NCBI RefSeq assembly: GCF_000143415.4
Contig: NW_003314276.1
Span: 1,724,107 to 1,788,106 of the forward strand
Direction of reading: 5' to 3'
DNA: 64,000 bases
From: Selaginella moellendorffii
Taxonomy: Eukaryota > Plantae > Lycopodiophyta
The translations under genes were made by a program, and so were the position numbers. The notes below the pieces were generated by a model that was given only the letters and a program-made list of their open reading frames with translations, was not told the DNA's origin and made no database searches. Positions 12,880 to 25,863 of the stretch are shown here, piece after piece; position 1 is the stretch's first letter, and every line of letters starts with the position of its first letter.

Positions 12880-12979
12880 NNNNNNNNNNNNNNNNNNNNN
12901 NNNNNNNNNNNNNNNNNNNNNNNNNNNNNNNNNNNNNNNNNNNNNNNNNNNNNNNNNNNNNNNNNNNNNNNNNNNNNNN
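12880..12979. other. Assembly gap (100 N)
   Basis: Run of exactly 100 N; true size unknown. Confidence 1.
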
Positions 12980-15900
12980 CAAATGTGGTGAGTTATTATA
13001 GCACATTTTTGCAAGTCCTAAATAACTTACCTAATCAATTTGGTCTCTAGAGATATAGCATCACAAATAATCCTCTAGCTGCCAATTCACCCTTTTTGTT
13101 TATCCATCTGTTAAAAAGTGTTAGTGCCCTCAAACTTGACTTAATACATAATACCTATTTGTGGGTGATAAGCTATGCTGAATTTTAACTTGGTGCGATA
13201 TTATTCTAAGAGAGTTCTCCAGAACCTACTGATGAAAATCTTATCTCGATTTGAGATAATCTCTTCTGGCCTTCCCCACACTCAAACCACTTATTCAAAG
13301 AACAGTTTTGCCACATTTTCCGTATCCACTTTTGTTGTGATGGGTATGAAATGTGTTATCTTCGAAAACCGGTCCATCACCATGAATATTACATCAAACC
13401 CTTCACTTGGGGGGAGTCATGTGATGAAGTCCATCATAAAACATTTCCATGAATGATCTGGAATTGGGAGGCTTTGTAACAAGTCCCCACTAGCCTTAGT
13501 CACAATTTTGACCTACTAACATGTTGGACATGTTTTTACATAGTTTTGGACATCCTTAGCCATGTCTGGCCAGTGATACTTCCTCTTACGTAAGTTTATT
13601 GTCTTAGGCACTTTGCCATGTCCTGCAAGAGGTTCATTATGACACTCTTCTAATGCTACCTTCCTTAGCTCCCCTTGTGGAACATACACGTTTGTTTGTT
13701 TATAATAGATGAGTCTATTGCATTCTGCATAGCCTGTCTTCTCTTCCATAGGTGGCTTCCCTCTCTGTGAGCATCCTATGCCTCCTGGTTCCTTAGCAAT
13801 GCTAGACCATCATTTTCATACGCTATCCACACATCATCCCAAAAGATTGTTGTCATGCTAAATATCGTTAACTTCAAGCTTGCTTTTCGACTTAAAGCAT
13901 CTGCCATGATGTTGCTTTTCCCAGGTTTATACAGAACTTCACAATCAAACTTGGCCAAAGCATTAGCCTACCGACCCTACTTCCCTCTCAGGTTGGCTTG
14001 TGACAAGAAGTGTCTTGTTACCACACTATCCGTGTAAACTTTGAAGTGTCTCCCAATGTAGTGTTGCCACTCCTTGAGCACCTTGACCACTGTAAACAAT
14101 TCCTTCTCATGGGCAACCACTTTTGCTAAGCTTTATCCAACTTTTTTGAGAAGAATGCTACTAGATGGTTATCTTGCTTGAAACCTACGCCCAATGCAAA
14201 GTCTAAAGCATCTATTTCTACTTCAAAGTTTTTACCAAAGTCTGGTAACACTAACATATGAGCTTTCCTCAACTTCCCTTTGAGGTGGACAAATGTTGCT
14301 TCGCATTCTGTTATTTATACCATCTTCCCTTTTCCCGTTTGGTCTGTTAAAGGTAGAGTTACTCTTAAATAGTGTTTGATAAACTTTCGGTAGTAGTTGT
14401 ATAGCCCAAAAATGCCCTTAACTCTTGTACAATTGATGGTCATTCCCATTCCTAGATCGCTTGGACCTTTTCAAGGTCCACCTTGAGCCCGTGCTTGCCC
14501 ACCACATATTCGAGAAATTTTACCTTTTATTGAGCAAAGTCACATTTGCTCTCTTTAGCATATAGTTGGTGTTCCCTTAGTTTTTCAAACACCTTTGTCA
14601 AGTGTTCAGCATACTCTTTTAGCGTCTCACTATAGATCAAGATATCATCAATGTAGATAACTACGAAATGATCCAGATAGGGTACAAAAATGTGGTTTAT
14701 CAGTGCTGAGAACGTCACTAGTGTATTGCACAGCCCAAAGGGCATTATTAGAAACTCAAATCTTCCATACCTTGTCTGATAGGTTGTCTTCTCGACATCT
14801 TCTTCTGCTACCCGGATCTAGTAGTATCCTGACCTTAGGTCAATTCTCGAGAAGTATTTCACCTTTCCCAACCTATCAAATAGGTCCTCAATCCTTGGTA
14901 AAGGGTATTTGTTCTTCTTTGTATACTTGTTGAGAAACTGATAGTCTATGCACATGCGTATAGATTCATCTTTCTTTTTCACAAATAGCACCAATGCACC
15001 ATACGATGACTTGCTCAACATAATATACCCTTTTTTCCACCAACTCTTCAAAGCTCCTCGAGTTCTTTTTCGTTCAACTAATAAGGGGGATGAACCACCG
15101 CATTAGCACTCTCGTCCAGCTCGATCTTATGTTCTATCTGTCGTATGGGGGGTAATCCCGCCAGTAACTCCTCTAGCATGGTATTTCAAAATTGGTCTAA
15201 CACCCATTGAATCATTAAAGGTATTTCTTCTATTCCCATATTTTTGTCACTCCTCATTAAGAGTAAGCACAAAAATGTTGTCTTGGTTCCTTTAGTGAGT
15301 TGTCCTTCTGTGGACACTAGGTTCAAGTAAGAGTTTTTAGCCTTACTTTGCCATGTCGCCCATGTTCGTGATAAGGATCCTCTTCACCATGAATGCATTC
15401 ACATACTCTTGAATGGTTCCCGCATACTTCAGCCTGCTTAGCTCATCCCTTAGATGTAAAGTAGCATTTGATGGAACATAGGTTGCACAAATCCTCACCT
15501 CATCATTTCCCAAGTGGCCACCAGTCCTTCGTTGGTTTTTGTTGTTCTCCACCAAAATTTAGCATTATCTACTAAGTATGGTTTTGCACATAGGACCTTC
15601 TCCAATCTCGGTAACTATAACGCTCGGAAGTAGTCCTCCATATCGTAAAATCAATCCTTCACCACCTTATAGTTGTTCATTCCTTTAAAAATTGGTGGGG
15701 GCTTTGGTTTGTACTTAGGAATTATTTGGGGGACTGAGTGCACTTCAATTTGTTCAACCTTGTTCAGTTCTACCTCAGTCCCCACCAAAGGGTTCACACC
15801 TTCTACACTGTCAGCCTCTACATTCTTTTACTTAATTTCCACTTTTCGTCACGCTTTAGCTTATGTACAAGGGTCTTCAACAAGGCATTAGTCTGTGCCA

Positions 15901-16430
15901 ATTGTCCTTCTAGAACATCCAATTGAACCTTGGATAACCGAACCTCTCCATTGGACTCCTATTTAGAAGATTCCTCATTGGAGTCCTCCTCATACAAGGA
16001 TTCCTCATCCATAACTTTTTGTTCAATTGGAGGCTTTAGCTCTGAAGGAGGTTCTGTCTCCGCCTTGGTTATTTTATACTCTGTTTTAGCCATCTCCTAG
16101 CAATCCACCTTTATCCTTTGCTAAAATTGAGGAAAATGCTCCAATACTAAATTGTAAGCCACAAATTTTTCTTTTCCAATTTGCTAACTTACCTTATTTA
16201 TCCGACCACCACAGCCTTAGCCTCAATTAAGTTCCCTCGCCAAGGTTTCTGCCTATTATACCAACTCTTACTTAATCCTACTTGGTTTTAGCAATTCACT
16301 ATACGAGCAACGGAGCATTAACCATCCATCTATGGATTCCCAAATTCTCTCTCAATCCCCCTCCCTAGGTTAATTTGGACTTAAGGTTCAGCTACACTCC
16401 CTATAGGGACAAGAAGCAAGCACACCCAGC

Positions 16431-16625
16431 TATAAGCTCTTGAGTTTGGCCTCCCTGAAAAGTCACCCAGCCCAGTACTATTCAAACTCAAGGATACTTA
16501 ACCCTAAATATCCCAAGACACTTAATTGATTGGAAAAAGGGGTGTATTTTTGTTCATGGGCCTTTTCTCTCTATATTTGAACCCCTATAAATCATCTCTC
16601 AAGTCGTTCCCTTTGATTGCTTACA
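16431..16625 (-). mobile_element. Solo 5S-bearing (Cassandra-like) LTR with 5-bp TSD, inside the gypsy B LTR
   Basis: 195 bp, T(A)TAAGC...GCTTACA, flanked by CCAGC (16426-16430) and CCAAC (16626-16630). 16448-16502 aligns without gaps to the recalled 5S rRNA A-box to C-box segment (38/55 by hand count, mostly transitions). Confidence 0.8.
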
Positions 16626-16974
16626 CCAACCTTCAGATTCCTAACACCCCTTGGTACAACAAAACTTGATCATAGGACCCTCTAAATCACAAACCTTGGA
16701 TGCAACACTTGCTTCAAGAGGGGGAAAACACCATGGATTAATAGCCCAGTATGGGTACCCCTACCCCACCACTTCCATCCCAAAGGAAAGGCCCAAGCCC
16801 CTAGGAAGGGCGAGGACTAATGAGCCGCAAAATACTCAAGTGGGGCACCATTCCACATGAGTCGGGAGCACTATAATCGGTTTCCCTTTCAAGAGTGGGA
16901 GCTGCTCTTGAGCACTTCCTTGGGTGGCCCCTCCGGCACCACCCGAGTCCATGCTCACTCCCACCCAAGGCCTT

Positions 16975-17200
16975 GAACTCTCAGACTTAACCTCGGACTC
17001 TGTCTCGGACTTGATCTCGGACTTGGTCTCAGACTCGAGCTTGGATCTCAGTCTCGGTCTCGAACTTGGTCTTGAACTCAGTCTCGAACTCGGTCTCGAA
17101 CTCAATCTCGAACTCGGTTTCAGAGTCGGTCTCGGAGTCAATCTCAAACTCATCTTGAACTCGGTCTTAGATCAATCTCGAACTCGATCTCGGACTCTAT
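16975..17200. repeat. Degenerate 6/12-bp tandem array (CTCGAACTCGGT-like) within the gypsy B LTR
   Basis: Visible periodicity; produces the spurious SSRPSSRL and LELGLELS ORFs. Confidence 0.85.
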
Positions 17201-17282
17201 CATCCGATGAACTCTTTATCATTTTAGTCATGCTTTCGAGGATCCTTCAGCCTATAACACCTTAGGGAGTTGGTTCCTTACA

Positions 17283-20200
17283 ACTTATTACTACTGATGT
17301 TTCAGTATAAGTTTGCAAAAGTGGCTATTCTTTTAACATAGTTGTTACATAAAAACATGCCATTAAAGTGGAAGAAGCCACAAGAGGAGAGTTTTGTGGC
17401 ACTAAAATAATTGTTGAGTGAGGCTCTAGTGCTTTGCATTGCTGATCCATCAAAACCTTATGAGGTGACATGTGATGCGAGTGGTTATGCACTAGGAAGA
17501 GTTCTTATACAAGAGGGATAGCTTATTGTATATGAGAGTCAAACTTTGAATCCCCCAGAATAATGCTATTCCACATATGAGCAAGAGTTACTCTCTATTT
17601 TTCATGCTTTGCAGGTGTGGTGGCACTATCTTTATGGTGCAGTGTTTATAGTGTTGATGGATCACAAACCACTTGTGTATCTTTTCACACAAAAGAAGTT
17701 CAACACTAAGCAAGCTCGTTGAATAGTCAAACTCATGGAGATTGGAGAGTTTTCTATTGATCATCGTCCGGGAAAATCAAATATGGTGGTAGATGCTTTA
17801 TCTCTTGTTCGTCATGTGACGGCATTATAAACACAATTTTGTCGTCATTTGGGTAAAGTGGTTAACGAGTTTGGGCAGTTGGTTGAGCGTGCTGGCTCAG
17901 GATGTTGAGGTGGCCTCTTTATGCAACTAAATGGAAGCCCATTTCTCATTGGTTGATAGGATTCTCTATTACAATAGCCATGTATATTTACTACAGTTGG
18001 CTGCGTTAATTACTCAAGTTTTATTCCACTATCATGATCATCCAAAGGTTAGTCATTTTGGGGGGAAGAAGATGTATGAATTGATTAAGCACAATTTTTA
18101 TTGGAGGAATATAAAGGGTAATATCCTCAAGTATTGTAAATCATGCGAGCTTTCTCAGCAAATAAAGGTGCCACAGGAGAAGCTGGAAGGACTTTTGCAA
18201 CCTTTACCTATTCCTTAGAGCTGTTGATATAGTATCTCTATGGACTTCATCACTTGTTTGCCATGAACACAGAGGCAAAAGGAGCAAGAATGGGTCATAA
18301 TGGATTGGTTAATGAAGTATGTGTAGTTGTTGGCTCTTTAGAAGACTATCACTACCTTATATTTGGCTACGGTCTACTTGGAGAAGGTTTTTCCTGATTT
18401 TGGTTTACTGAAAGACATCATTAGTGATCGAGATTCAAAGTTCACAAGTGGATTTTGGAAGATCTTTGCGAAGGTTATACAAGTGACTTTAAAACTCTTA
18501 AGTGGAGATCATCCTCAGATAGATGGTCAAACTAAGCATGTGAATCAAGTGGTGGAGGATATGCTATGTTGTAGTGTTGGTCAAAGGCAAGGACAATAGG
18601 ATCTATATCTTTCATTGGTGCAATTTGTTTACAATAATAGCTAACACAGTGGAACCAAACTAAATCCTTACTTTGCCATGTTTGGAAGGCATCCCCAAGT
18701 AGGGGTGGAGTTGGGATTACATTTGAGTAAGGACGTTCAAGATAAGCTTGATTCTGAGGCAACTGATCTAGCCACAGAACTTGATGAGATTCTAGTGGTG
18801 TGTAAACGAAATTTGCAGGCAACTCAAGATAAAGTGGAAAAGTTTGCTAATGAGCATCGTCAATTCCAGAAATATAATGTGGGTAATCTCGTCTTCTTGC
18901 GAGTGATATTTCTGTCAAGTGAGCGGCAGAACACTTGGTGCCTTTATGGATAGGGAAAAGTGACAAACTTTCCCATTGATATGCTGGTCTATATGAAGTG
19001 CTAGAGTGCATTGTTAAAGCGGCTTATCGGGTGTGGCTACTAGCTGGGGTGAAAATTCATCCAGTATTTTATGTCATCCAGTTGAAAGGTAGACTATCTC
19101 GGAGTGATGGGCCCAATACCTTATTGATATATACGGTTGTGGAAGATAACTAAGAGCTTGAGTAAGGTTCCCCAGAAAGGGTGATCACTGGTACAACTCA
19201 TCCTTGGGACAAGGACTTTGGGTTAGAATTGTTAGGCACCAGCTTTGACCACATGGTCAACATTAGTGAAAAGGAGGCTTAAAGGTATATTAAGGCATGT
19301 TAGGGTAAGGACTTAACCTACCCTAGGGTTCACAATGGGTTGGGTGGTGAGGAATCTCAAAAGGTGGCATAGCATAGTCTAGGGAGATTAGATCTCTATC
19401 TTTGTTAGGCGCCAGCTTTGACTACGTGGTCAACGTCGGTCAAAGGGAGGCTCAAGGGTATATTAAAGCATGTTAGGGTAAGGGACTAAGCTACCCTAGG
19501 GCTCACAGTGGAGCGGCAGTGCAGTGGAGCTTTTGAGGTAGCTTGGGGGTGGTTGGGTGGTGAGGAACCTCAAGAGGTGGCGTAACATAGTCTAGGGCAA
19601 CTAGATCTTTGTCTTTTTGCGCCGGATCATAACATTGGTATCAGAGGAGTTGGTTGCGATGGCTAACCAAGCTGAACGCTGGAATCCTATTGTCGATGGT
19701 GGTGCAGACGATGGTGCCGACGAAGCTGCGGAGATTTGGACCATTCAAGATGTGGTCCATGAGCTACGAGCCCTTAATAAAAATCAGCAAGAGATGCAAG
19801 ACGAGATGCATGGCATGATGGATACCATGCATGGGTGTGTTGAAGCACTCGAGGCTGGATGGGGTAGCGCTCCAAGTAAGCCTTCTTTGGTAGATCGACT
19901 CAAGATTCCAACTTTTTCCGATGATGGTGGTGTGGACAAGTGTCTCGCTTGGCTAGCCAATGTGAAGAAGTTCTTGGCTGCTAGAGGAACTCTAGATGCA
20001 GAGGCTTTAGTGGCTATTCCAATGGTTTTGCGTGATGCGGGTCTTCGATGGTGGAATTGGCTTGAGGAGTCCCGTGTTGCAGATAAGAAACCACTAGTGT
20101 CTACCATGGATGAATTTGAGGCTACTTTCTGTTTACATTTTGCCCCTCATTACAATGTGGAGAATGCTCATACAGAACTTCGACATTTCCAGCAAGGGAA

Positions 20201-23200
20201 AATGACACTTGGGGACTATATTGAGAAGCTTACTCGCTTGATTAGTCGTGTTCCAATGAAGGATCCAGATCAAAACAAGTCCTACTTCATTGATGGCCTA
20301 TATAGTGAGAGCATGCGGCAACACTTGCATCATTCTCAGCCTACAAAGAGTTTGGAGGACCTCTTTGGAGGACAATGACAAACACAAGTCTTGCAAGCGT
20401 TCCCAGAGTCCTTCTATCGAGAATCGTCATGATGATTGCCGTGGACACAAGGATAGAAACAAGCATCATAAGTTGAAGTCGGTGGTGACTACTTCAGATG
20501 CACAGGGGTCCAAGAAGCAGAAGTTCTTTGTGAAGAATTATAAACAAGGTTGTCATCATTGTGGGGAACTTGGACACTACAAGGCTGATTGTCCGCAGTT
20601 GAAGAACAAGCAACAGGACAAGAAGAATGGCCAATCTTCTTCTCACGGTAAGTTAGATACTAAAATTGCAAACTTTGCAGCGTGAGGATGAGGAGAACGA
20701 CCATTCCGGTCGGAGGAAGCGACTTTCGATCGTTGCTCGTCAGCTCAACTATGTGTGGAACAAGATGGAGCTTGAAGATACGCGTGAATCAGCCTTAATA
20801 CTGGAGGGCGTGTTTCGTGGCTATCCAGTGCAGATTTTACTGGATAGTGGGAGCGATGACAACTTTGTTTTGGCAAAGTTTGTTGTAGAGCATAGCCTGG
20901 TCACACGCGGCATTCTTCCATACACAGTGGAAGGTGCAGCTACCTCTACTCAGCATTTTGATGCTTGTGTCGAGGGGCTGGAAGTGTTGGTTGGCAAAAC
21001 TACACTTGTGGAGACTTTTTATCTTGCAGATATTCATCATGTGGATCTCATTCTCGGGATGCCATGGTTGGTGAAGGTGGATCCAGAGATAAAGTGGAGT
21101 ATTAAGCATATCTCATTGGAGTATGGTGGCATTAAAGATGTGTGGTTTGGTGAGGGTGTTCAACCACTAGTTGTTATGCTCTCTGCTACATCTTTGAAGT
21201 GGGCTTGTCGTAATGGAAAAGCACTTTCGAGTTACTTGCTGTTTGTTCATGACTTGGGGGACTAAGGCACGTGTGGGGGAGAAGCAGCAGTACAGGATGT
21301 ACTGGACGAGTTTTCTGATGTTTTTCCATCTAAACTTCCTCATGGATTGCCTCCGTTACGAGGTGTGGAGCATGGGATTACATTGGAGCCGGGGACGCGA
21401 CCAATTTACCGGCGTCCATTTCGGTTAAGTTATGCGGAGGAGCAAGAAGTTCAACGATAAGTCAAGGAGTTACTTGAGTTTGGATTTATTCAGCCAAGTA
21501 AGTCTCCATTTGGTGCTCCGGTCTTGCTTGTGAAGAAGAAGGACGGTTCAATATGAATGTGTATTGACTACTGCGCTTTAAACAAGAAGACAGTGAAGGA
21601 TAAGATGCCAATGCCATGTGTGGATGATATCTTGGACAAGCTTGGTGAAGCACAAGTGTTTACCAAGATTGATCTGAGGAATGGATATCATCAGATTGCA
21701 ATGGATGATGCATCTATCTCCAAGACGGCATTCAACACAAGCTTCAGACATTTTGAGTTTACAGTTATGCCGTTTGGTTTGACAAATGCACCAGCCACAT
21801 TTACTCGGTTGATGACAGAGGTATTTGGGCGTTATCTTCATGAGTTTGTAGAGATTTTCTTGGACGATATTTTAGTTTTTAGCAAGAATATGGAGGAGCA
21901 TAGGGTGCATTTGCGCAAGGTTCTTTTGTTACTCCGAGACAGCAAACTTTATGCGAAGAAGAGCAAATGTGAATTTGCAAAGTCGGAGGTGGAATATCTA
22001 AGCCATATTGTGACATCTAAGGGTGTCAAGACCAATCCAAAGAAGGTGGCTGTGGTGGAAACCTGGCCTACACCAATTATGGTGGTCGAGTTGCGCAGTT
22101 TTCTTGATATAGCTAGTTACTACCGACATTTCCAGCATAAGTTTGCAGAGGTGGCTATTCCTTTGACACAGTTGTTACGCAAGAATGTGCCATTCGAGTG
22201 GAAGAAGCCACAAGAGGAGAGTTTTGTGGCGTTGAAGCAATTGTTGAGCGAGACTCTAGTGCTTCGCATTGCTGATCCATCGAAACCTTACGAGGTGACA
22301 TGCGATGCGAGTGGTTATGCACTAGGAGGAGTTCTCATGCAAGAGGGACAGCCTATTGCATATGAGAGTCGAACTTTGAATTCCGTGGAGCAATGCTATT
22401 CCACATATGAGCAAGAGTTACTCTCTATTGTTCATGCTTTGCGGACATGGCGGCACTATCTTTATGGTGCAGTGTTCGTGGTGTTGACAGATCACAAACC
22501 ACTTGTGTATCTTTTCACACAGAAGGAGTTGAACACTAGGCAAGCTTGTTGGATGGTCAAACTCATGGAGTTTGGGGAGTTTCCTATTGAGCATCGTCCG
22601 GGAAAATCAAATGTGGTGGCAGATGCGTTATCTCGTGTTCGTCATGTGACGACATTACAAACACAATTTTGTCATCATTTGAGTAAGGTGGTCAGCGAGT
22701 TTGGGCAGTTGGTTGAGCATGCTCAGGCTCAAGATGCTGAGGTGGCCTCTTTGTGAGACGATGGAAGCCCCTTTCTCATTGGTGGATGGGATTCTCTACT
22801 ATAATGGCCGTGTATATTTGCCACGGGTGGATGCATTAATTACTCAAGTTTTATTCCACTATCATGATCGTCTAGAGGCCGGTTATTTTGGGGGGAAAAA
22901 GACGTATGAGTTGATTATGCACAACTTTTATTGGAGGAATATGAAGGCTGATATCCTGAAGTATTGTAAATCATGCGAGCGGGTTAAGGTGCCACGGGAG
23001 AAGCCGGGGGGACTTTTGCAACCTTTAACTATTCCTCAAAGCCGTTGGTGTAGTATCTTTATGGACTTCATCACTTGTTTGCCACGAACAAAGAGGCAAA
23101 AGGAGCAAGTATGGGTCATAGTGGATTGGTTGACAAAGTATGTGCGGTTGTTGGCTCTTCGGAAGACTGTCACTGCCTCAGACTTGGTTGCGGTTTACTT

Positions 23201-24314
23201 GGAGAAGGTTATTCATGATTTTAGTTTGCTGGAGGACATCATTAGTGATCGAGATTCAAAGTTCACCAATGGATTTTGGAAAAGCTTTGCAAAGGCTATG
23301 CAAGTGACTTTGAAACTCTTGAGTGGAAATCATCCTCAGACGGATGGGCAAATTGAGTGTGTGAATCAGGTGGTGGAGGATATGCTACGTTGTAGCATTG
23401 GTCAAAGGCAAGTACAATGGGATCTATATCTTCCGTTGGTGCAATTTGCTTACAACAATAGCCAGCACAGTGGAACCAAACTAAATCTTTATTTTGCCAT
23501 GTTTGGAAGGCATCCTCGAACAGCGGTGGAGTTGGGTTTGCATTTGAGTAAGGACATTCAAGATAAGCTTGATTCCGAGGCAACTGATTTGGCCACAGAA
23601 CTTGATGAGATTTTGGTGGTGTGTAAACAGAATTTGCAAGTAGCTCAGGATAGAGTGGAGAAGTTTGCCAATGAGCATCGCCAATTCCGGGAATATAAGG
23701 TGGGTGATTTCGTCTTTGTTCGAGTGATCTTTCCGTCAAGTGAGCGGCGGAACACCTTGGTGCCTTTACGGACAGGGAAGAGTGATAAACTTTCCCATTG
23801 ATATGCTAGTCCATATGAAGTGCTGGAGCGCATTGGTAAAGCGGCTTATCGGGTGCGGCTGCCAGCTAGGGTTAAAATTCATCCAGTATTTTATGTCAGC
23901 CAATTGAAAGGTGTACTATCTCGGAGTGACAGGCCCAATGCCTCCTTGATGTATATGGCTGTGGAAGATGGACCAAGAGCTTGAGCAGGGTTCCCCAGAA
24001 AGGGTGATCACCGATACAACTCGTCCTTGGGACAAGGATTTTGTTGGGGGGGAAGAATTGTTAGGTGCCAGCTTTGACTACGTGGTTAACGTCGGTCAAA
24101 GGGAGGCTCAAGGGTATATTAAGGCATGTTAGGGTAAGGGACTAAGCTACCCTAGGGCTCACAGTGGAGCGGCGGCGCAATGGAGCTTTTGAGGTAGCTC
24201 GGGGGTGATTGGGTGGTGAGGAACCTCAAGAGGTGGTGTAGCATAGTCTAGGGCGACTAGATCTCTGTCTTTTTGCGCCGGATCATAACAATCTTTTTGT
24301 GCCGGATCATAACA
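17283..24314 (+). mobile_element. Older Ty3/gypsy copy A' (RT end, RNase H, integrase, 3' LTR), host of the element at 19403-24290
   Basis: 17283-19220 is colinear with 22112-24045 but has many more stops. Its 3' LTR is split into 19230-19402 and 24296-24314 (TTTGTGCCGGATCATAACA). Confidence 0.85.
19403..24290 (+). mobile_element. Full-length Ty3/gypsy LTR retrotransposon A
   Basis: 232-bp LTRs at 19403-19634 and 24059-24290 (TGTTA...TAACA). TSD ATCTT (19398-19402 and 24291-24295). PBS TGGTATCAGAG at 19636. PPT GGGGGGGAAGAA at ~24046-24057. Gag from ATG 19659 with zinc knuckle CHHCGELGHYKADC, protease LLDSGS, RT FLDD, RNase H CDASG, integrase ISDRD and a GPY/F-like tail. A few stops and frameshifts. 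Confidence 0.97.
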
Positions 24315-25863
24315 ACAAGAAAGGAGGGAGTATCCATAAATCAGGAGTAAGAGGAAACCTTAAAAGATGCATTTTGGACGGGTTTCTACATCCAATACAT
24401 TTAGAATATGTTTAGATATTTTAGCATATTATCTAACGGTTAGAATGTACTTAGATTAGGTTTTAATGTAATAGATTACATTAAAAAGAAATAAATATAT
24501 TTGAAAGTCAAGCCAAGTAGGCCTATCATAATCTCATACATTACATACAAATGCAACAAAAAGATATCATGCTTGATTTTTGGACTTTTATTACATTTAT
24601 GTTTAAAGTTTTGGCCCAATACTTTGGTGCAGATATAGCAATGATGTCATACTTCATTTGTATGAGCTGCTTCCACACATAAAAGTTATCTTGATTGATT
24701 TTGAGCTAAGATTTATTCACAACTTATGAAGAATGCATATATTCAAATACTATGGTTGCAAAGACTTCTTTACATAGAAAATGTCAAGATTTACACTTTC
24801 AAGTTGCAATATTATAAACATCTTTACTTTTGTATAATTAATTTTGTATGTTGTGTAATTACATTTACAATATTGAAAAACTTAAAATGAACTTATCCAA
24901 AATGTTGAAGTGATTTTTTTTACTGATTACTCTATCCCTGATCTACAGATAAATATCTGATTATATTTAATGTTAGCTGTCTTTTATATTAATTAAAATA
25001 TTGCAATATTATATTTAATCTTTATGTGTAAAATAATTAATTAAAAATCTAAAAACAAATAACTCTTTGCATATGATATGGTACTTTCCTTCTAATATAA
25101 AATTATTTTATGTTCCATCAAACTTGAATTAAAAAGATATATATTGTAGTGGATGTTGATGGTGTGATTGTAGCTAATGCTAATATCTTTCACTAAGTAC
25201 AAAATGTTATAATTGATGTATTAAAGAAAATATGAAATGCATATCACAACTTCCAAAACAACAACAAACATTTTACATTTATTCAAATTATAGAGAACAA
25301 ATTTAGCATGGCGTGTTTTGAGTTTTGATGAAGAAGCTACATTGACTTTTCTTGATATTGTGAAAATGTATATATTCCAATGCCAAATGAGGTTTAGTAT
25401 CATCCCTGATGATCCCTGCCATCTGAGCGACACCTGTACATCTAAGATATATGTTTTCCATCTCTTTTCAATTCAGAGGATTTTGTAGGGGTAGTTTCTA
25501 TTGTGCAGTGGCTGGTGAAGCAATGTAAGCCCAAACTAGTGTGATCCACTGTGGCAGTCCTATCTATTCCACAATGCCAATTGATGGCTATATTCTAAAC
25601 TATGCTGTTTCAATCCAATGGCTAGAAAAATATTTGTATACTGAGTGTATCCATATCAATAGTATTAGTTTGAATTTGACGTACTTGCGATGTCATCCAA
25701 TATCATTGAAGAGTGGGGAACCACACCACAAACCAATGAGTACAGTGTAACGGTACAAGTTCCAAGTAGTTTCTTAGGGATAGATCCTTATTTGTATCCA
25801 TCTGCTTGGCTCGCCCACTCCCACACATTTTACCCTTAGTCATTTTACCCTTAGTCCAGCAAA

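Larger units (their letters stand above)
12980..17282 (-). mobile_element. Ty3/gypsy LTR retrotransposon B (degenerate; 3' end lost in the gap)
   Basis: 5' LTR 16153-17282 (plus strand TGTAAGC...CCTTACA). Degraded iMet-type PBS (plus strand GCTCCAATACTAA, ~16138-16150). Gag ATG at 16093. RT motifs [24 protein letters not shown] and YIDD, then RNase H (YKPGKSNIMADALSRK) and the integrase zinc finger (H..AGH..YHW..CPTC). The protease region appears deleted. Confidence 0.85.

Noticed and set aside
16448-16502. Functional 5S rRNA gene
   Set aside because: Only the ~55-nt promoter core is present in each copy, it is embedded in LTRs, and the 5' half of 5S is absent.
16153-16625. A single 473-bp gypsy LTR intrinsically containing 5S sequence (TGTAAGC...GCTTACA)
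   Set aside because: The 5S unit has its own termini at 16431-16625 with a near-perfect TSD, and the gypsy LTR continues to 17282 where homology to element A' begins. An insertion is the simpler explanation.
16836-17265. Ser/Arg-rich and Leu/Glu-rich ORFs
   Set aside because: Translations of a 6/12-bp tandem repeat inside an LTR.
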